Positions 37,590-46,940 of a stretch of 53,977 bases of DNA are shown here, in pieces (the first letter of the stretch is position 1; the number at the start of each line of letters is the position of its first letter). The notes beneath the pieces are model-generated. The model was given only the letters and a program-made list of their open reading frames with translations, made no database searches and was not told the DNA's origin. The stretch lies in contig DNXB01000044.1 in assembly GCA_003506995.1 (NCBI GenBank), positions 1-53,977 of the forward strand, written 5' to 3'. The position numbers were made by a program, and so were the translations under genes. The DNA comes from Verrucomicrobiales bacterium. Its GTDB lineage: Bacteria; Verrucomicrobiota; Verrucomicrobiia; Verrucomicrobiales; Verrucomicrobiaceae.

Positions 37590-38839
37590 ACCAGGCCCTG
37601 CTCATCCTTTCACTGCTCTACATCGCCTCACTGTTCTGGCGGCGCTGGCTGGTGCTGTCGTATGCGAAGTCACTTCCGCACCTGCCCACGGAGCCATTGC
37701 CGCAGGACACTCTGACCATCGCGCAGGCCATCCTCAGCGGCGATCCTCTGCTGGAATTACGTTTGGAGACCAATCTCGCGAATCTGCCCCGGCAACGCTT
37801 CCTCTGGCTCATCGACGAGGATGACGCCGAGGCCCGCCGCATCGCGGAAAAGCTGCGACGGCCCCATTTGCGCGTCGAACTCTGTCCGCCATGCCCGGAC
37901 GCGACGAATCCGAAACTCTGGAAGCTGCAAATCGCTTCCAAGTTCGTGCGAACGCCCTTTTTCGCCGTCATCGACGATGACACCACGCTGCCAGCCTCCA
38001 GTGCCGCTGCCCTCGTCGAGGCCGCAAAGACCTCCACCGTCGCCACCGGCCTGCCCTGCTATCTTGACGGCAAGAATCAGGCGTCTGCGCTCCTGGCGCA
38101 GTTCGTGAATAACAACTCGATCTTCACCTACCTGGGCACCTCGCGCCTGCTCCCCCCTTTTACGCTAAACGGGATGGGCTACGTCATGCGGCGTGAGGAA
38201 CTGGAGCGCATCCAGCACTTCCAGCCCATCCTCCATGAGCTGACCGACGACCTCGCGCTGGCCACACTCGTGCTGAAGCTCGGCGGCAGCATCCATCAGT
38301 CGAAAGCTCCGCTCCAGGTGCAGACCGGTGTGCGCGACATGCGCCACTACCTGCAAATGATGCACCGCTGGTATGTCTTCACACTGCTGCTGCTCAAACG
38401 GCAGAGCATCCCCGTCCAGGCGCTCATATTCGTGCTCCATGGGCTGCCGCCCATGATGCTCGGGAGCAGCATTCTGCTCATGGGAGTGATCAGCGGCCAA
38501 GTGCTGGGCATCACTCTTTTGGTTTATTTCATCTTCCTCAGCGGTTTGCTGCCGCCTTTGGTTGGCGGGCTGCTGTCGTTGCTAGCGTTTATTGCACTGT
38601 TCTGGATGGGAATCGAGCCAGCTTCTTACCTGCTGCTCATCGTGCTGTTCCTTCGGGGAGCCTTGCTGCCAGCAATACAGAGCATGTTCTTCGGTGAGAG
38701 CCGCTATCGCCCCCTTTTGTCGCTCCTCTCCGAGCTCATCCAGCCAATTCACCTCATCCACGCCCTCGCCAGCCGCACCATCCGCTGGCGCACGCGGCGC
38801 TACCGTGTGCGGGACACGCATGACTTCACGGCGGTATGA
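37586..38839 (+). CDS. Glycosyltransferase family 21 (ceramide glucosyltransferase-like), membrane-bound
   Basis: QAILSGDP, NPKLWKL, IDDD, NGMGY, LTDDLALA, QMMHRW (QxxRW), C-terminal IRWR..RY. Confidence 0.8.
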   Translation: MNQALLILSLLYIASLFWRRWLVLSYAKSLPHLPTEPLPQDTLTIAQAILSGDPLLELRLETNLANLPRQRFLWLIDEDDAEARRIAEKLRRPHLRVELCPPCPDATNPKLWKLQIASKFVRTPFFAVIDDDTTLPASSAAALVEAAKTSTVATGLPCYLDGKNQASALLAQFVNNNSIFTYLGTSRLLPPFTLNGMGYVMRREELERIQHFQPILHELTDDLALATLVLKLGGSIHQSKAPLQVQTGVRDMRHYLQMMHRWYVFTLLLLKRQSIPVQALIFVLHGLPPMMLGSSILLMGVISGQVLGITLLVYFIFLSGLLPPLVGGLLSLLAFIALFWMGIEPASYLLLIVLFLRGALLPAIQSMFFGESRYRPLLSLLSELIQPIHLIHALASRTIRWRTRRYRVRDTHDFTAV

Positions 38840-39393
38840 AGCACGTCGTCGGCTTCATCACCGGGCACAGCGCGCGCGGCTGCACGGGCCTCTCGCAGGA
38901 GCAGCGGGACTTCCAGCGCCGCAGCGCGGTGCCGGAGGAAAACTGGCTGCGGCACAATTTCCCATGGCAGGAGACCTTTCCGTTTCCCGAGCCGTTCCAT
39001 CTGCTGAGCGCGAGCTGGAACAATGTGCGGCACTACTTTGAGTCGAGACGTCCGGTGTTTCGCGAACAGCACCGCGCGGGTGTGGTGGAGCTGTTCGCGC
39101 GGCATGACGCGGTGATCCTGCTGGCGGGAAGCTGCGGGCTGGAGCTGCTCAACAACCTCGATCTGCCTGCGGAGACACGAGGCCGGCTGCATGTCTTCGC
39201 CTACGGCCCGGTGTCGCGGCGGCGGCCCGAGGTGGCGTCGTGTTTCATGGTGCAAGGCGAGGGCGATGTGATCTCGCGCACGTTTCACCGACATGCTGAG
39301 GCGCGGTTTCCCTGTCCGCACATGGGCTATCTGGCGGCGGCGGAGACGCGGCGCTTGTTTGAGTCGTTTTACCGGGGAGTGGTGGCCTCATGA
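38836..39393 (+). CDS. Hypothetical alpha/beta-hydrolase-like protein
   Basis: FITGHS, LLAGSCGLELL (nucleophile-elbow-like), GDVIS, HMGY; translationally coupled on both sides. Confidence 0.65.
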   Translation: MKHVVGFITGHSARGCTGLSQEQRDFQRRSAVPEENWLRHNFPWQETFPFPEPFHLLSASWNNVRHYFESRRPVFREQHRAGVVELFARHDAVILLAGSCGLELLNNLDLPAETRGRLHVFAYGPVSRRRPEVASCFMVQGEGDVISRTFHRHAEARFPCPHMGYLAAAETRRLFESFYRGVVAS

Positions 39394-40619
39394 AGCGCAA
39401 GAAAGTCCTCTTGATCGGTCCGCCCTTCAGCGGGCACCTGCATCCGCTGCTCGGTATCGGGCAAGGCCTCGCCACCGTGGCGGATGTGATCGTCTTGAGC
39501 ACGCCGAAAGGGGTGAAGGCGGCCGCGGCTTCCGGGCTGCAAGGTCGCGCGATCATGGCGGAGCACGAGCACATCGTGCTCGCGATCAGCGAGCCGGGGC
39601 GCGCGGTGAAAAACAACCCGCTGCGGCTGTACGCGCAGCTCAAGGAGAATGTCGGACTCATGGCGCGGCTGCAGGCGGAGCTGGAGGCCATCTTTCGCGC
39701 CGAACAGCCGGACCTGGTCATCGCGGACTTTGTGGTGCCCGTGGCAGGCATCACGGCGACGCGGCTTGGCATCCCATGGTGGACGACGATCCGCTCGCCC
39801 TGTGTGATCGAGACGCCGGACGGCCCGCCCGCTTACTTCAACGGCCAAACGCCTGCCCGAACCTCGCTGCAACGATTGAAACATGCCGCGATGCGGCTGG
39901 CCACCAGGCAGTTCAAGCGCCTCGTGTGGCTGCTTTTCCGGCGTGAGTTCCGTCAGATCGGATTTCATGGCATCTACCGCGCCGATGGCAGCGAGGCCGT
40001 GTATTCGCCGCAGCGCATCCTCGCGCTCGGAGTGCGGGAGATCGAGTTTCCCTGCACCTGGCCGCGCACTGTTCAGTTCGTGGGTCCGGCGCTGCACACG
40101 CCGCCGTTCAACGGCCCGCCGCCGGTGTTTCCTGACGATGGCAGGCCGTGCGTGCTCATCAGCATCGGCACGCATCTGGTGCATGCCAAGGCCGCTGTGT
40201 CCGCCGCGATTCGCGAGATCGCCGCCCGGCATCCGGGCATCGTGTTTCATTTCACGCACGGCAACGCGGCCGCGCCGGTGGAACGGCAGGAGGGCAACTT
40301 CCATGAACACGCCTACATTTCCTACATGGACCATCTGCCACGTTACGACGCCGTCGTGCATCACGCGGGCGCGGGCGTGATGAACCACTGCCTGCGGCAC
40401 GGCCTGCCCGCGGTCGTGCATCCGCTGGATTTTGACCAGTTTGACAACGCGGCACGGCTGGTGGCGGCAGGCGTGGCGTTGCCCGCGAAAAAACTGGCCG
40501 ATCTGGAACCCGCGATCCTGCGCGCGCTGCACGACGAGGCATTGAAAGCGAGGTGCGCTGAGATGAGCCGGATCTTCGCAGCCTATGACGAGGTGGGAAC
40601 GATCACGAAGATGCTGTGA
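39390..40619 (+). CDS. Glycosyltransferase family 1 (GT-B, UDP-glycosyltransferase-like)
   Basis: PFSGHLHP, PDLVIADF, ISIGT, VHHAGAG, PLDFDQFDNAARL. Confidence 0.9.
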   Translation: MKRKKVLLIGPPFSGHLHPLLGIGQGLATVADVIVLSTPKGVKAAAASGLQGRAIMAEHEHIVLAISEPGRAVKNNPLRLYAQLKENVGLMARLQAELEAIFRAEQPDLVIADFVVPVAGITATRLGIPWWTTIRSPCVIETPDGPPAYFNGQTPARTSLQRLKHAAMRLATRQFKRLVWLLFRREFRQIGFHGIYRADGSEAVYSPQRILALGVREIEFPCTWPRTVQFVGPALHTPPFNGPPPVFPDDGRPCVLISIGTHLVHAKAAVSAAIREIAARHPGIVFHFTHGNAAAPVERQEGNFHEHAYISYMDHLPRYDAVVHHAGAGVMNHCLRHGLPAVVHPLDFDQFDNAARLVAAGVALPAKKLADLEPAILRALHDEALKARCAEMSRIFAAYDEVGTITKML

Positions 40620-40695
40620 TGCCGCAGGTGGCGCTGTCAAGATACCCATTTTAGCGAGTGGCGAAATTCCAGCCAGCGGCGTAATTCGTCACTCC

Positions 40696-41967
40696 ATGAG
40701 CAACATGATTCCCCAAGTCTATGACACGCCCGTTTTCCGCATGGCCTGCCAGCAGTTTGATCTGGTGGCCGACTTTTTGGAGATCCCCGAAAACGCCCGC
40801 GACCGCCTGAAACTGCCCAAGCGCTCCGTCAGTGTGGCGATGCCGGTGCGGCGCGATGACGGGAGCACCACCGTCTTCATGGGCTACCGCGTGCAGCATC
40901 ACCTCACACTCGGACCCACGAAGGGCGGTGTGCGCTTTCATCCTGACGTGACACTCGGTGAAGTGGCCGCATTGGCGATGTGGATGAGCTGGAAGTGCGC
41001 GCTGACGGGCCTGCCCTACGGCGGTGCCAAAGGCGGCGTGACCTGCAATCCGCGCGAGCTTTCCACCACCGAACTGGAGCGCGTGACACGGCGCTACACA
41101 CAGGAGCTAATCCCCTTCATCGGACCGCAGATCGACATCCCCGCGCCGGACATGGGCACCAATGAGCAGACGATGGCCTGGATGATGGACACTTATTCGC
41201 TGCAAACCGGCCATTGCGTGCCCGCGGTGGTCACGGGGAAGCCCGTGAGCATCGGCGGCTCGCTCGGGCGGCGTGAATCAACCGGACGCGGCGTGGCGTA
41301 TCTGATTTCTCGCGCGATGGACACCGTTGGCATCGTTGCAAACGGAGCGACGGCGGTGATTCAGGGCTACGGCAATGTCGGTTCTGTCGCCGCGGCATCG
41401 CTGTCGCGCATGGGCATCAAGATCATCGCGGTGAGCGATGCGTACGGCGGTTTGTTCAACGCCAACGGCATCGATCTCGCCAAGCTCGACGAGCACGTCG
41501 CCAAAACGCGCAGCATCGTCGGCTTTGACGGCGCTCAGGAGATCACCAACGTGGAACTGCTGCTCACGCCCTGCGATATTCTCGTTCCTGCCGCCCTCGA
41601 ACGCCAGATCACCGCCGACAACGCCGCGAAAATCCAGTGCCGCATCCTCGCCGAAGGCGCGAACGGCCCCACCACCCCCGAGGCCGACGCGATCATCTCC
41701 CAGCGCCCGGAAATCTTCGTGATTCCCGACATCCTCTGCAACGCCGGCGGCGTGATCGTCTCCTACTTCGAATGGGTGCAGGACTTGCAAAGCTTCTTCT
41801 GGGACGAAGGCGAGGTGATGAGCAAGCTCTACCGCATTCTTGAGCAAGCCTTCGTGCAGACGCTCAACATGAGCCGCAAACGCAACGTCAGCATGCGCTT
41901 CGCGGCCTTGAGCCTCGGCATCCAGCGTGTGCATGAGGCGAAGCAGATTCGTGGGCTGTTTCCGTGA
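40696..41967 (+). CDS. gdhA: Glu/Leu/Phe/Val dehydrogenase (glutamate dehydrogenase)
   Basis: GPTKGGVRF, GGAKGG, DIPAPDMGT, VTGKP, QGYGNVG, EGANGPTT, NAGGVIVSYFEWVQ. Confidence 0.92.
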   Translation: MSNMIPQVYDTPVFRMACQQFDLVADFLEIPENARDRLKLPKRSVSVAMPVRRDDGSTTVFMGYRVQHHLTLGPTKGGVRFHPDVTLGEVAALAMWMSWKCALTGLPYGGAKGGVTCNPRELSTTELERVTRRYTQELIPFIGPQIDIPAPDMGTNEQTMAWMMDTYSLQTGHCVPAVVTGKPVSIGGSLGRRESTGRGVAYLISRAMDTVGIVANGATAVIQGYGNVGSVAAASLSRMGIKIIAVSDAYGGLFNANGIDLAKLDEHVAKTRSIVGFDGAQEITNVELLLTPCDILVPAALERQITADNAAKIQCRILAEGANGPTTPEADAIISQRPEIFVIPDILCNAGGVIVSYFEWVQDLQSFFWDEGEVMSKLYRILEQAFVQTLNMSRKRNVSMRFAALSLGIQRVHEAKQIRGLFP

Positions 41968-42001
41968 TTGGCAAAACGCCCGTTCGTGTCTAAAATCCAT
42001 C

Positions 42002-42610
42002 ATGCCTGCCGTCCTTGACCCACCCCGCCGCAAGCGTTCTGCACCGCCGGAACTAGCTCCACCCCACGATCACCTGACGGTCGTGTGGGACACGACCTGG
42101 CCTTTCTACCTCCAACTGGACGCCAAGCTGGAAGGCTCCAGCTCACGGGTCAGCTATTTGAAAGGAAGGCTCGACATCATGACCCTCTCGATCGACCACG
42201 AACGGATCAAAGGAAACTTGTCGCATCTGATCGCGTCGCACTGCCTGGACGAAGGTGTTGAATTCGCCACACAAGGCAGCGCCACACTTCGTATCCCGCG
42301 AGATCGTGGCAAGGAGCCGGACGACAGCTTTGTGTTCGGTGAGTTGAAGAAATCGCGGCCAGACATGGTGCTTGAGGTCGTCATCACCAGCGGGTCCATC
42401 GACAAGCTGGAGTTCTACGCGCCGTTTCGCATCCCCGAGGTGTGGGTGTGGGAAAGTTCCGGGCTGAATGTCTTCATCCTCGATGGTGGACGCTATCGGA
42501 AAGCGAAGAAGAGCAAGCTGCTCCCGAAATTCGATGCCGCGCTGGCAGGATCACTGGCGACTTGTCCGAGCACGTCGCAGGCGGTGCGGGAGTTTCGGAA
42601 GGGGCGGTGA
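42002..42610 (+). CDS. Uma2 family (PD-(D/E)xK-like) endonuclease
   Basis: HERIK, KEPDDSF, PDMVLEVVITS, DKLEFY....IPEVWVW. Confidence 0.9.
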   Translation: MPAVLDPPRRKRSAPPELAPPHDHLTVVWDTTWPFYLQLDAKLEGSSSRVSYLKGRLDIMTLSIDHERIKGNLSHLIASHCLDEGVEFATQGSATLRIPRDRGKEPDDSFVFGELKKSRPDMVLEVVITSGSIDKLEFYAPFRIPEVWVWESSGLNVFILDGGRYRKAKKSKLLPKFDAALAGSLATCPSTSQAVREFRKGR

Positions 42611-42617
42611 GGACAAA

Positions 42618-42674
42618 GTAGTCCTGTTCCTGTGGAACAGGATTCAGAATCCAGTTGCGAAGCAACTGGACTAC
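42618..42674. repeat. GTAG-type REP doublet
   Basis: + GTAG-TCCTGTTCC-TGT-GGAACAGGA and - GTAG-TCCAGTTGC-TTC-GCAACTGGA, both perfect 9-bp stems. The second GTAG contains the helicase stop. Confidence 0.85.
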
Positions 42675-44689
42675 TTTTCCAGAATCTCCGTCGGACACTC
42701 TGGCAGTGATGACAAGAACGCGCGGCCATACGGCTTCGTGAGGATGCGGTTGTCGAGGATGGCGCAGATGCCTTTGTCGGTGGCGGTGCGGATGAGGCGG
42801 CCTACGCCCTGGCGGAGTTTGAGGATGGCCTCGGGGACGCTGTATTCGGTGAAGGCGTTGAGGCCCTGCTCTTCGAGGTGCTCGATGCGTGAGGCCGTGA
42901 GCGGATGGTCGGGCACGGCGAAAGGAAGGCGCGTGATGATGACGTTGCTCAGGGATTCGCCGGGGACATCGACGCCGGTCCAGAAGCTGTCGGTGCCGCA
43001 GAGGACGCTGTGGGTGTCGTTCTTGAATTCGGCGAGCATTTGATGCCGAGGCATGCCACGGCCTTGCACGAGGAGCCGCCAGCCGCGCTTTTCGCAGTGC
43101 GCTTCGAGTTTGTCGGCCAGGGAGGTCATCTGGCTGTAGCTGGTGAACAAGATGAAGGCGCGGCCGATGCTGAGGTCGATGAAATGGGTGATCCAGTGCT
43201 CAAGCTGGTCGAGATAGCCCGGCTCGCTGGGCTGCGGCATCTTTTTGAGCAGGTAAAGCTTCATCTGCTTCTTGAAATCGAAGGGGCTTTCGATCAAGGC
43301 GGCGCGGGCGTCCTCGGCGCCGACGCGATTGCGGAAGTAGCGGAGCTTGGGGTCGTCGCCGATGCCAAGTGTGGCGCTGGTGAAGACGCAGGCTTTGTGA
43401 CTGGCGAAAAAGATCTGACGCAGACGTGGCGCGACATCGACGGGCGCGGTGTGGAAGGAGACGATGCGGTTGTCCATGCCGCCGCGCTCGACCCAGTGGA
43501 CATGGTCTTCGTTTTCCTGATCCAGGAAGGTCTTCAGACCGACGCGGATGGCGCCTAGACGTTTGGCGAGGTCGAGGAGTTCCAGCTTGGTGCCTTCTTT
43601 ATTGGCGGCGTCGCCGGCTTTGATGGCTTTTTGGGCGAGACGTTGCAGCGGAAGACTGAGCGTGTCCTCGACGAGGCCTGGCTCGCGCACGCGGAACTCG
43701 CGGCCCATGGCGTTGAATTTGCAACTGGCCTCGGCGGCGCGGAAAAAGGTGTCCACACTGTCCAGGGCCATCAAAACCTCGCGAATGCCGTCTTTGTCAC
43801 CGACGAGCTGGAAGAAGCCTTTGCGCGTCTTCGGATTGTGCAGGCGGCCAAGCTCGAATTTGATGTTCGACTCGCTGATATGGAGGCCGAAGGCCTTGGC
43901 GGCGACGTTTTCGATGGTGTGGGCCTCGTCGAGGATGACGAAGTCACGCGGGAACAGGAAATTGCAGTCCTCGTTGGTGTTTTCGTCAGTGGAGGCAAGC
44001 AGCGTGAAGAAGAGCGTGTGATTGAGCACGATGACATCCGCCTGCTCCATGCGGCGGCGCACGTCCTGATACCAGCAGCGGCTGCCGGGCGGGCAACGAC
44101 GCGGTGTGCAGGCATGCGGCTCGCTGCACACGAGCGACCACACGCGGGCGCTGGGACTGAAATCGAGATCGCTGAGCGTGCCGTCCTCGGTTTCGGCCAC
44201 CCAGTCGAGCAAGAGGCTCAATTCGGAGGCTTCGGAGGTGGAAAAAAGATCGCCTGACTCATTGAGCGCGCGTTTGAGGCGTGTGGGGCAGATGTAGTTG
44301 CCACGGCCTTTGAGGATCTCCGCGTGGAAGTCGCCGACGAGCTGTTTGACGATGGGAATGTCCTTCGTGATGAGCTGCTCCTGCAGATTGATCGTGTGCG
44401 TGCAGATGATGGCCTTGCGCTTCTGCTCCAGAGCAAACGTGACGGCGGGAACGAGGTAGGCGAGCGACTTGCCGACGCCCGTGGCGGCTTCGCACACGAA
44501 GGCGTGATTGCCATCGAGAGCGGCACCGACGAGCTCCGCCATGCGCTGCTGCTGCGGGCGGTACTCGAACTGCGGCGACTCGGCCATCTTCCCGTCGTTG
44601 GAGAAGGCGAAACGCATGCGCGGAGCCAGCGGCGGCCGCGAGATGCGGCCGGCGACTCCTTCTTCGTGATCTTCAGCGACGTGAAACAT
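42671..44689 (-). CDS. DinG/YoaA family ATP-dependent Fe-S DNA helicase
   Basis: RPQQ, EAATGVGKS, KGRGNYIC, Cys cluster, DEAH, TSATL, FWTGVDVPG, LRQGVGRLIR. Confidence 0.93.
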   Translation of the reverse strand: MFHVAEDHEEGVAGRISRPPLAPRMRFAFSNDGKMAESPQFEYRPQQQRMAELVGAALDGNHAFVCEAATGVGKSLAYLVPAVTFALEQKRKAIICTHTINLQEQLITKDIPIVKQLVGDFHAEILKGRGNYICPTRLKRALNESGDLFSTSEASELSLLLDWVAETEDGTLSDLDFSPSARVWSLVCSEPHACTPRRCPPGSRCWYQDVRRRMEQADVIVLNHTLFFTLLASTDENTNEDCNFLFPRDFVILDEAHTIENVAAKAFGLHISESNIKFELGRLHNPKTRKGFFQLVGDKDGIREVLMALDSVDTFFRAAEASCKFNAMGREFRVREPGLVEDTLSLPLQRLAQKAIKAGDAANKEGTKLELLDLAKRLGAIRVGLKTFLDQENEDHVHWVERGGMDNRIVSFHTAPVDVAPRLRQIFFASHKACVFTSATLGIGDDPKLRYFRNRVGAEDARAALIESPFDFKKQMKLYLLKKMPQPSEPGYLDQLEHWITHFIDLSIGRAFILFTSYSQMTSLADKLEAHCEKRGWRLLVQGRGMPRHQMLAEFKNDTHSVLCGTDSFWTGVDVPGESLSNVIITRLPFAVPDHPLTASRIEHLEEQGLNAFTEYSVPEAILKLRQGVGRLIRTATDKGICAILDNRILTKPYGRAFLSSLPECPTEILEK

Positions 44690-44748
44690 GCGAGGGCGGG
44701 GATAGCAGAGAGCTAAGGGCGAAGGGCAAAGAGTTTTTGCTCTCCGTG

Positions 44749-45675
44749 TCATTTGCCTCGCTCGAACCAGACGACGCGCAGGCCGAGTTTTTCGGCAATT
44801 CGGCGGCCTTGCGCAGGACCGAGGGCGAGAAGCGCGGTGGCATAGCCGTCAGCTTGAGCGGCGGATGAATGAACGACGCTCACTGAAGCGAGATTGTGTT
44901 CGATGGGGCGACCGGCGCGTGGATCGAGGATATGAGAGCGCTGTTTGCCTTCGGCGGTGAAGTTTTGGCGATACACCCCGCTGGTGGCGATGGACTGGTC
45001 TTTGAGTTGAAGCGCTTGAGCCGCTTCGCCGGGTGGTGCGCCGGGCGTTTGGATACCGACACGCCATTCGCCGCGGGCGAGAACCTCACCACCGATTTCG
45101 AGAAGGAAATTTGTGACACCCTTGGATTCGAGGAATCGCGCCATGTGATCCAAGGCCCAGCCTTCGGCAACGGCGCTGACGTTGATCTGGAGATCGGGCC
45201 GAGTTTTGCGCAGAGCGGGAGGATCTTGACGGATTTGAAGATGCTGCCATCCGCAACGGGCTTTGGCGGTGGTGATTTCGGCAGCGGTGGGAGGTGAATC
45301 GCGTTTCCCCTGGGCTCCGAAGCCCCAGAGCTCGACGAGCGGAGCAATGGTGACATCGAGCGCATGTTCGGTGTCGTGGCCGATTTGTTGCGCAAGTTCG
45401 ACGACTTCGATGAGTTCAGCGGGAACGACGACCCAGTCGGTGCTTGTGGATGAATTGAAGCGTGAGAGGGCGGAATCAGGCCGCCAGTGGCTCAAGATGG
45501 CCTCCCATGTGTCCAACTTCTGCTGGAGGTCGGTTTGAAGAGTCGATTGGGCGTCGGCATCAGCCCGCAGGTTCCAGGTTGTGCCCATGGTGCGCCCGCC
45601 AAGGGTGATGAGCCGCTCTTCGCGCGAGCAGCCGCAGAGCAGAAGAATCAAAAGGGCATGAAGGGCACGACGCAT
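44749..45675 (-). CDS. apbE: FAD:protein FMN transferase (ApbE), lipoprotein
   Basis: LCGC lipobox, TMGTT, DVTIAPLVELWGFG, EIGGE, ATSG.Y, HILDP, ADGYATAL. Confidence 0.92.
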   Translation of the reverse strand: MRRALHALLILLLCGCSREERLITLGGRTMGTTWNLRADADAQSTLQTDLQQKLDTWEAILSHWRPDSALSRFNSSTSTDWVVVPAELIEVVELAQQIGHDTEHALDVTIAPLVELWGFGAQGKRDSPPTAAEITTAKARCGWQHLQIRQDPPALRKTRPDLQINVSAVAEGWALDHMARFLESKGVTNFLLEIGGEVLARGEWRVGIQTPGAPPGEAAQALQLKDQSIATSGVYRQNFTAEGKQRSHILDPRAGRPIEHNLASVSVVHSSAAQADGYATALLALGPAQGRRIAEKLGLRVVWFERGK

Positions 45676-45687
45676 GGCCCCGTGCGG

Positions 45688-46152
45688 TCACTTGTAGCCG
45701 GTGACCATGGCGCAGGGCACTTCCTTGCGCTTGCCTTGCTCCGTCTGATGAATGGCGATCATGTACATGCCGGTTTTCTTCGGCTTGTAAAAAAGCACGA
45801 AGCCCCAGCCGTCGAGCACCGGCAGGATTTCGCCGGCGGGCTTGCCTTCGAGGTCGAGCACGGCGCCGGTGATGTGGACGCCGGATTTTTTCGGCACCGC
45901 GACGCAAAAGCAGTACTCATTGCCCTTGTAGAGCTGCATGCGCGAGGCCTTGCCGACCTTGGGCTCCAGGGTGCGCACCCAGGTCTCAGCGCGGATGTTG
46001 AACTCCTCTTTCTCCTGGTCATAGGCCAGGGCATGCGCGGCTTTTTCCGCATCCTCCTGGTCATCTGCATGCAGCCATGCGGGAGCGAGAAGGAGCATGG
46101 AAACGGCAAACGTGACGGAAACGAGGCGGGGCAGGACGGCGGAGAGGCGCAT
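45688..46152 (-). CDS. Hypothetical secreted protein
   Basis: Signal-peptide-like N-terminus, globular beta-rich body, co-oriented with apbE. Confidence 0.7.
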   Translation of the reverse strand: MRLSAVLPRLVSVTFAVSMLLLAPAWLHADDQEDAEKAAHALAYDQEKEEFNIRAETWVRTLEPKVGKASRMQLYKGNEYCFCVAVPKKSGVHITGAVLDLEGKPAGEILPVLDGWGFVLFYKPKKTGMYMIAIHQTEQGKRKEVPCAMVTGYK

Positions 46153-46283
46153 GGCGAAGAATGAGAAGGATTTTAATCTCACACGCGAACATAGCCGTTG
46201 CATCAGGAAAATCCCAAGTTTCTGTTGGGTTGTTCGTGGTTGGTTCCTGATTTCGCGAACATTCACCCCCCACATTCGTATTC

Positions 46284-46934
46284 ATGGCCTCGGTAGTCTT
46301 TTACATGGAGGACGGCACCACGCTCGTCCACAAGCTGGAAAATGAAGTCACCACCATCGGCCGCCACCCGGAGAGCTTGGTGGTGCTGACCTGCCCGTCG
46401 TCTTCCGCGCGCCACGCCGTCATCAAGCAGGCGGCGGACGGCGTTTATGTCCATGATCTCAGCTCCAGCAACGGCACTCGCGTGAACGGCGCGGAGATCG
46501 AGGAGGCCAAGCTCAAGGATGGCGACCGCGTGGGCTTCGGTGATGTGCAGGCCGTTTTTTACGCGGGCAATCCGCCGGCGGTGCTGGAGGAAAAGCCCGT
46601 GGCGCCCAAGGTGTCCAAAGCCAAGTCACTGCCACCGCCGGCTTCCATCGCCAACGATGAGCCCTCCGCCCCTTCAGCGGCAGCGCCCAAGCCCGGCCGC
46701 CAGCTCAGTCCGGTGCGTCGCGCCTATGGCAAAACCTCCGCCAGCAACTATCCGGACACGACGGAAAGCGGCTGCATGTCGTCGCTCATTGTCACCGCCA
46801 TGTTTGTGTTCGCCTTCGCTGTCGGCCTGGCCATGCGCCACTCGAAGGAGATGAACGGCAACCTGATGACGGACTTGATTTCCAAGATCACCGGCAGCAT
46901 GCCGAAGATCAAAATCGAGCGAAAGGAAGAATAG
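46284..46934 (+). CDS. FHA-domain protein with Pro-rich linker and C-terminal TM helix
   Basis: TIGR, SARHA, DLSSSNGTRVNG, LKDGDRVGFG; TM segment LIVTAMFVFAFAVGLAM. Confidence 0.9.
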   Translation: MASVVFYMEDGTTLVHKLENEVTTIGRHPESLVVLTCPSSSARHAVIKQAADGVYVHDLSSSNGTRVNGAEIEEAKLKDGDRVGFGDVQAVFYAGNPPAVLEEKPVAPKVSKAKSLPPPASIANDEPSAPSAAAPKPGRQLSPVRRAYGKTSASNYPDTTESGCMSSLIVTAMFVFAFAVGLAMRHSKEMNGNLMTDLISKITGSMPKIKIERKEE

Positions 46935-46940
46935 CAGCGG

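Noticed and set aside
42625-42639. TGTTC-CTGTG-GAACA as a LexA box
   Set aside because: The spacer is 5 nt rather than 4, it lies between convergent gene ends, and it is explained by the REP stem.
46248-46261. TGATT-TCGC-GAACA as a LexA box upstream of the FHA gene
   Set aside because: Two mismatches in one half-site; not supportable without a PSSM scan.
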